Positions 46,431-46,432 of a stretch of DNA of 46,432 nucleotides are shown here, piece after piece. Position numbers and translations under genes: made by a program. Below the pieces are notes generated by a model. It saw only the letters and a list, made by a program, of their open reading frames with translations. It was not told the origin of the DNA and searched no databases. Each line of letters starts with the position of its first letter. Position 1 is the first letter of the stretch. This DNA comes from Elusimicrobiota bacterium (GTDB lineage: Bacteria > CG03 > SLGR01 > JBDRKX01): the NCBI GenBank assembly GCA_043813605.1, contig JBDRKX010000100.1:1-46432 (forward strand), written 5' to 3'.

Positions 46431-46432
46431 CC

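Noticed and set aside
515..46034. The many minus-strand ORFs in the ORF track (60-389 aa)
   Set aside because: They are antisense shadows of the giant + strand gene. Their Ser/Phe/Leu/Ile-rich composition mirrors Glu/Lys codons, and they show no recognisable motifs.
17020..46374. Eight short + strand ORFs in frames +1 and +2
   Set aside because: All lie out of frame inside the giant CDS, some within conserved domains such as SNF2, and have no independent support.
1..46432. Alternative genetic code, stop readthrough, or an operon of separate genes
   Set aside because: No in-frame TAA, TAG or TGA was met in frame +3 under the standard code, so recoding is not needed and there are no intergenic gaps.
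1..46432. rRNA, tRNA, promoters, terminators, inteins
   Set aside because: The window is fully coding and I saw no convincing RNA-gene or intein splice motifs. Subtle ones cannot be excluded without a search.

Overview
The whole 46.4 kb window is an internal piece of one giant + strand coding sequence. Frame +3 (codons start at nt 3) is open from the first codon (IEVEEKAVIEDL...) to the last (...YYNIIVARMAE), which gives at least 15,476 aa with neither start nor stop inside the window. The supplied ORF track misses it and lists only antisense or out-of-frame shadows. Hand translation shows a string of domains, in order: GNAT, degenerate kinase-like fold, HEAT-like unit + TreT-type GT4, tandem CDA-type deaminases (one dead, one intact), Hanks Ser/Thr kinase, Upf1/DNA2-like SF1 helicase, HEAT-like unit + two glucosylglycerate-synthase-like GT-A domains, SNF2 ATPase, second GNAT, HExxH metallopeptidase motif, RNAP alpha-CTD-like HhH, dead phosphohexomutase folds, several TM clusters, HAD-like domain, a eukaryote/archaea-type topoisomerase IB in permuted order (catalytic domain before the cap), membrane-flanked LysM, intact SLT lytic transglycosylase, and tandem TolC-like repeats at the right edge. 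This architecture resembles the giant multi-enzyme membrane proteins known from Omnitrophota (OP3); that taxonomy is inferred, not shown. All domain calls come from manual motif recognition, with no database search, and domain boundaries are approximate.
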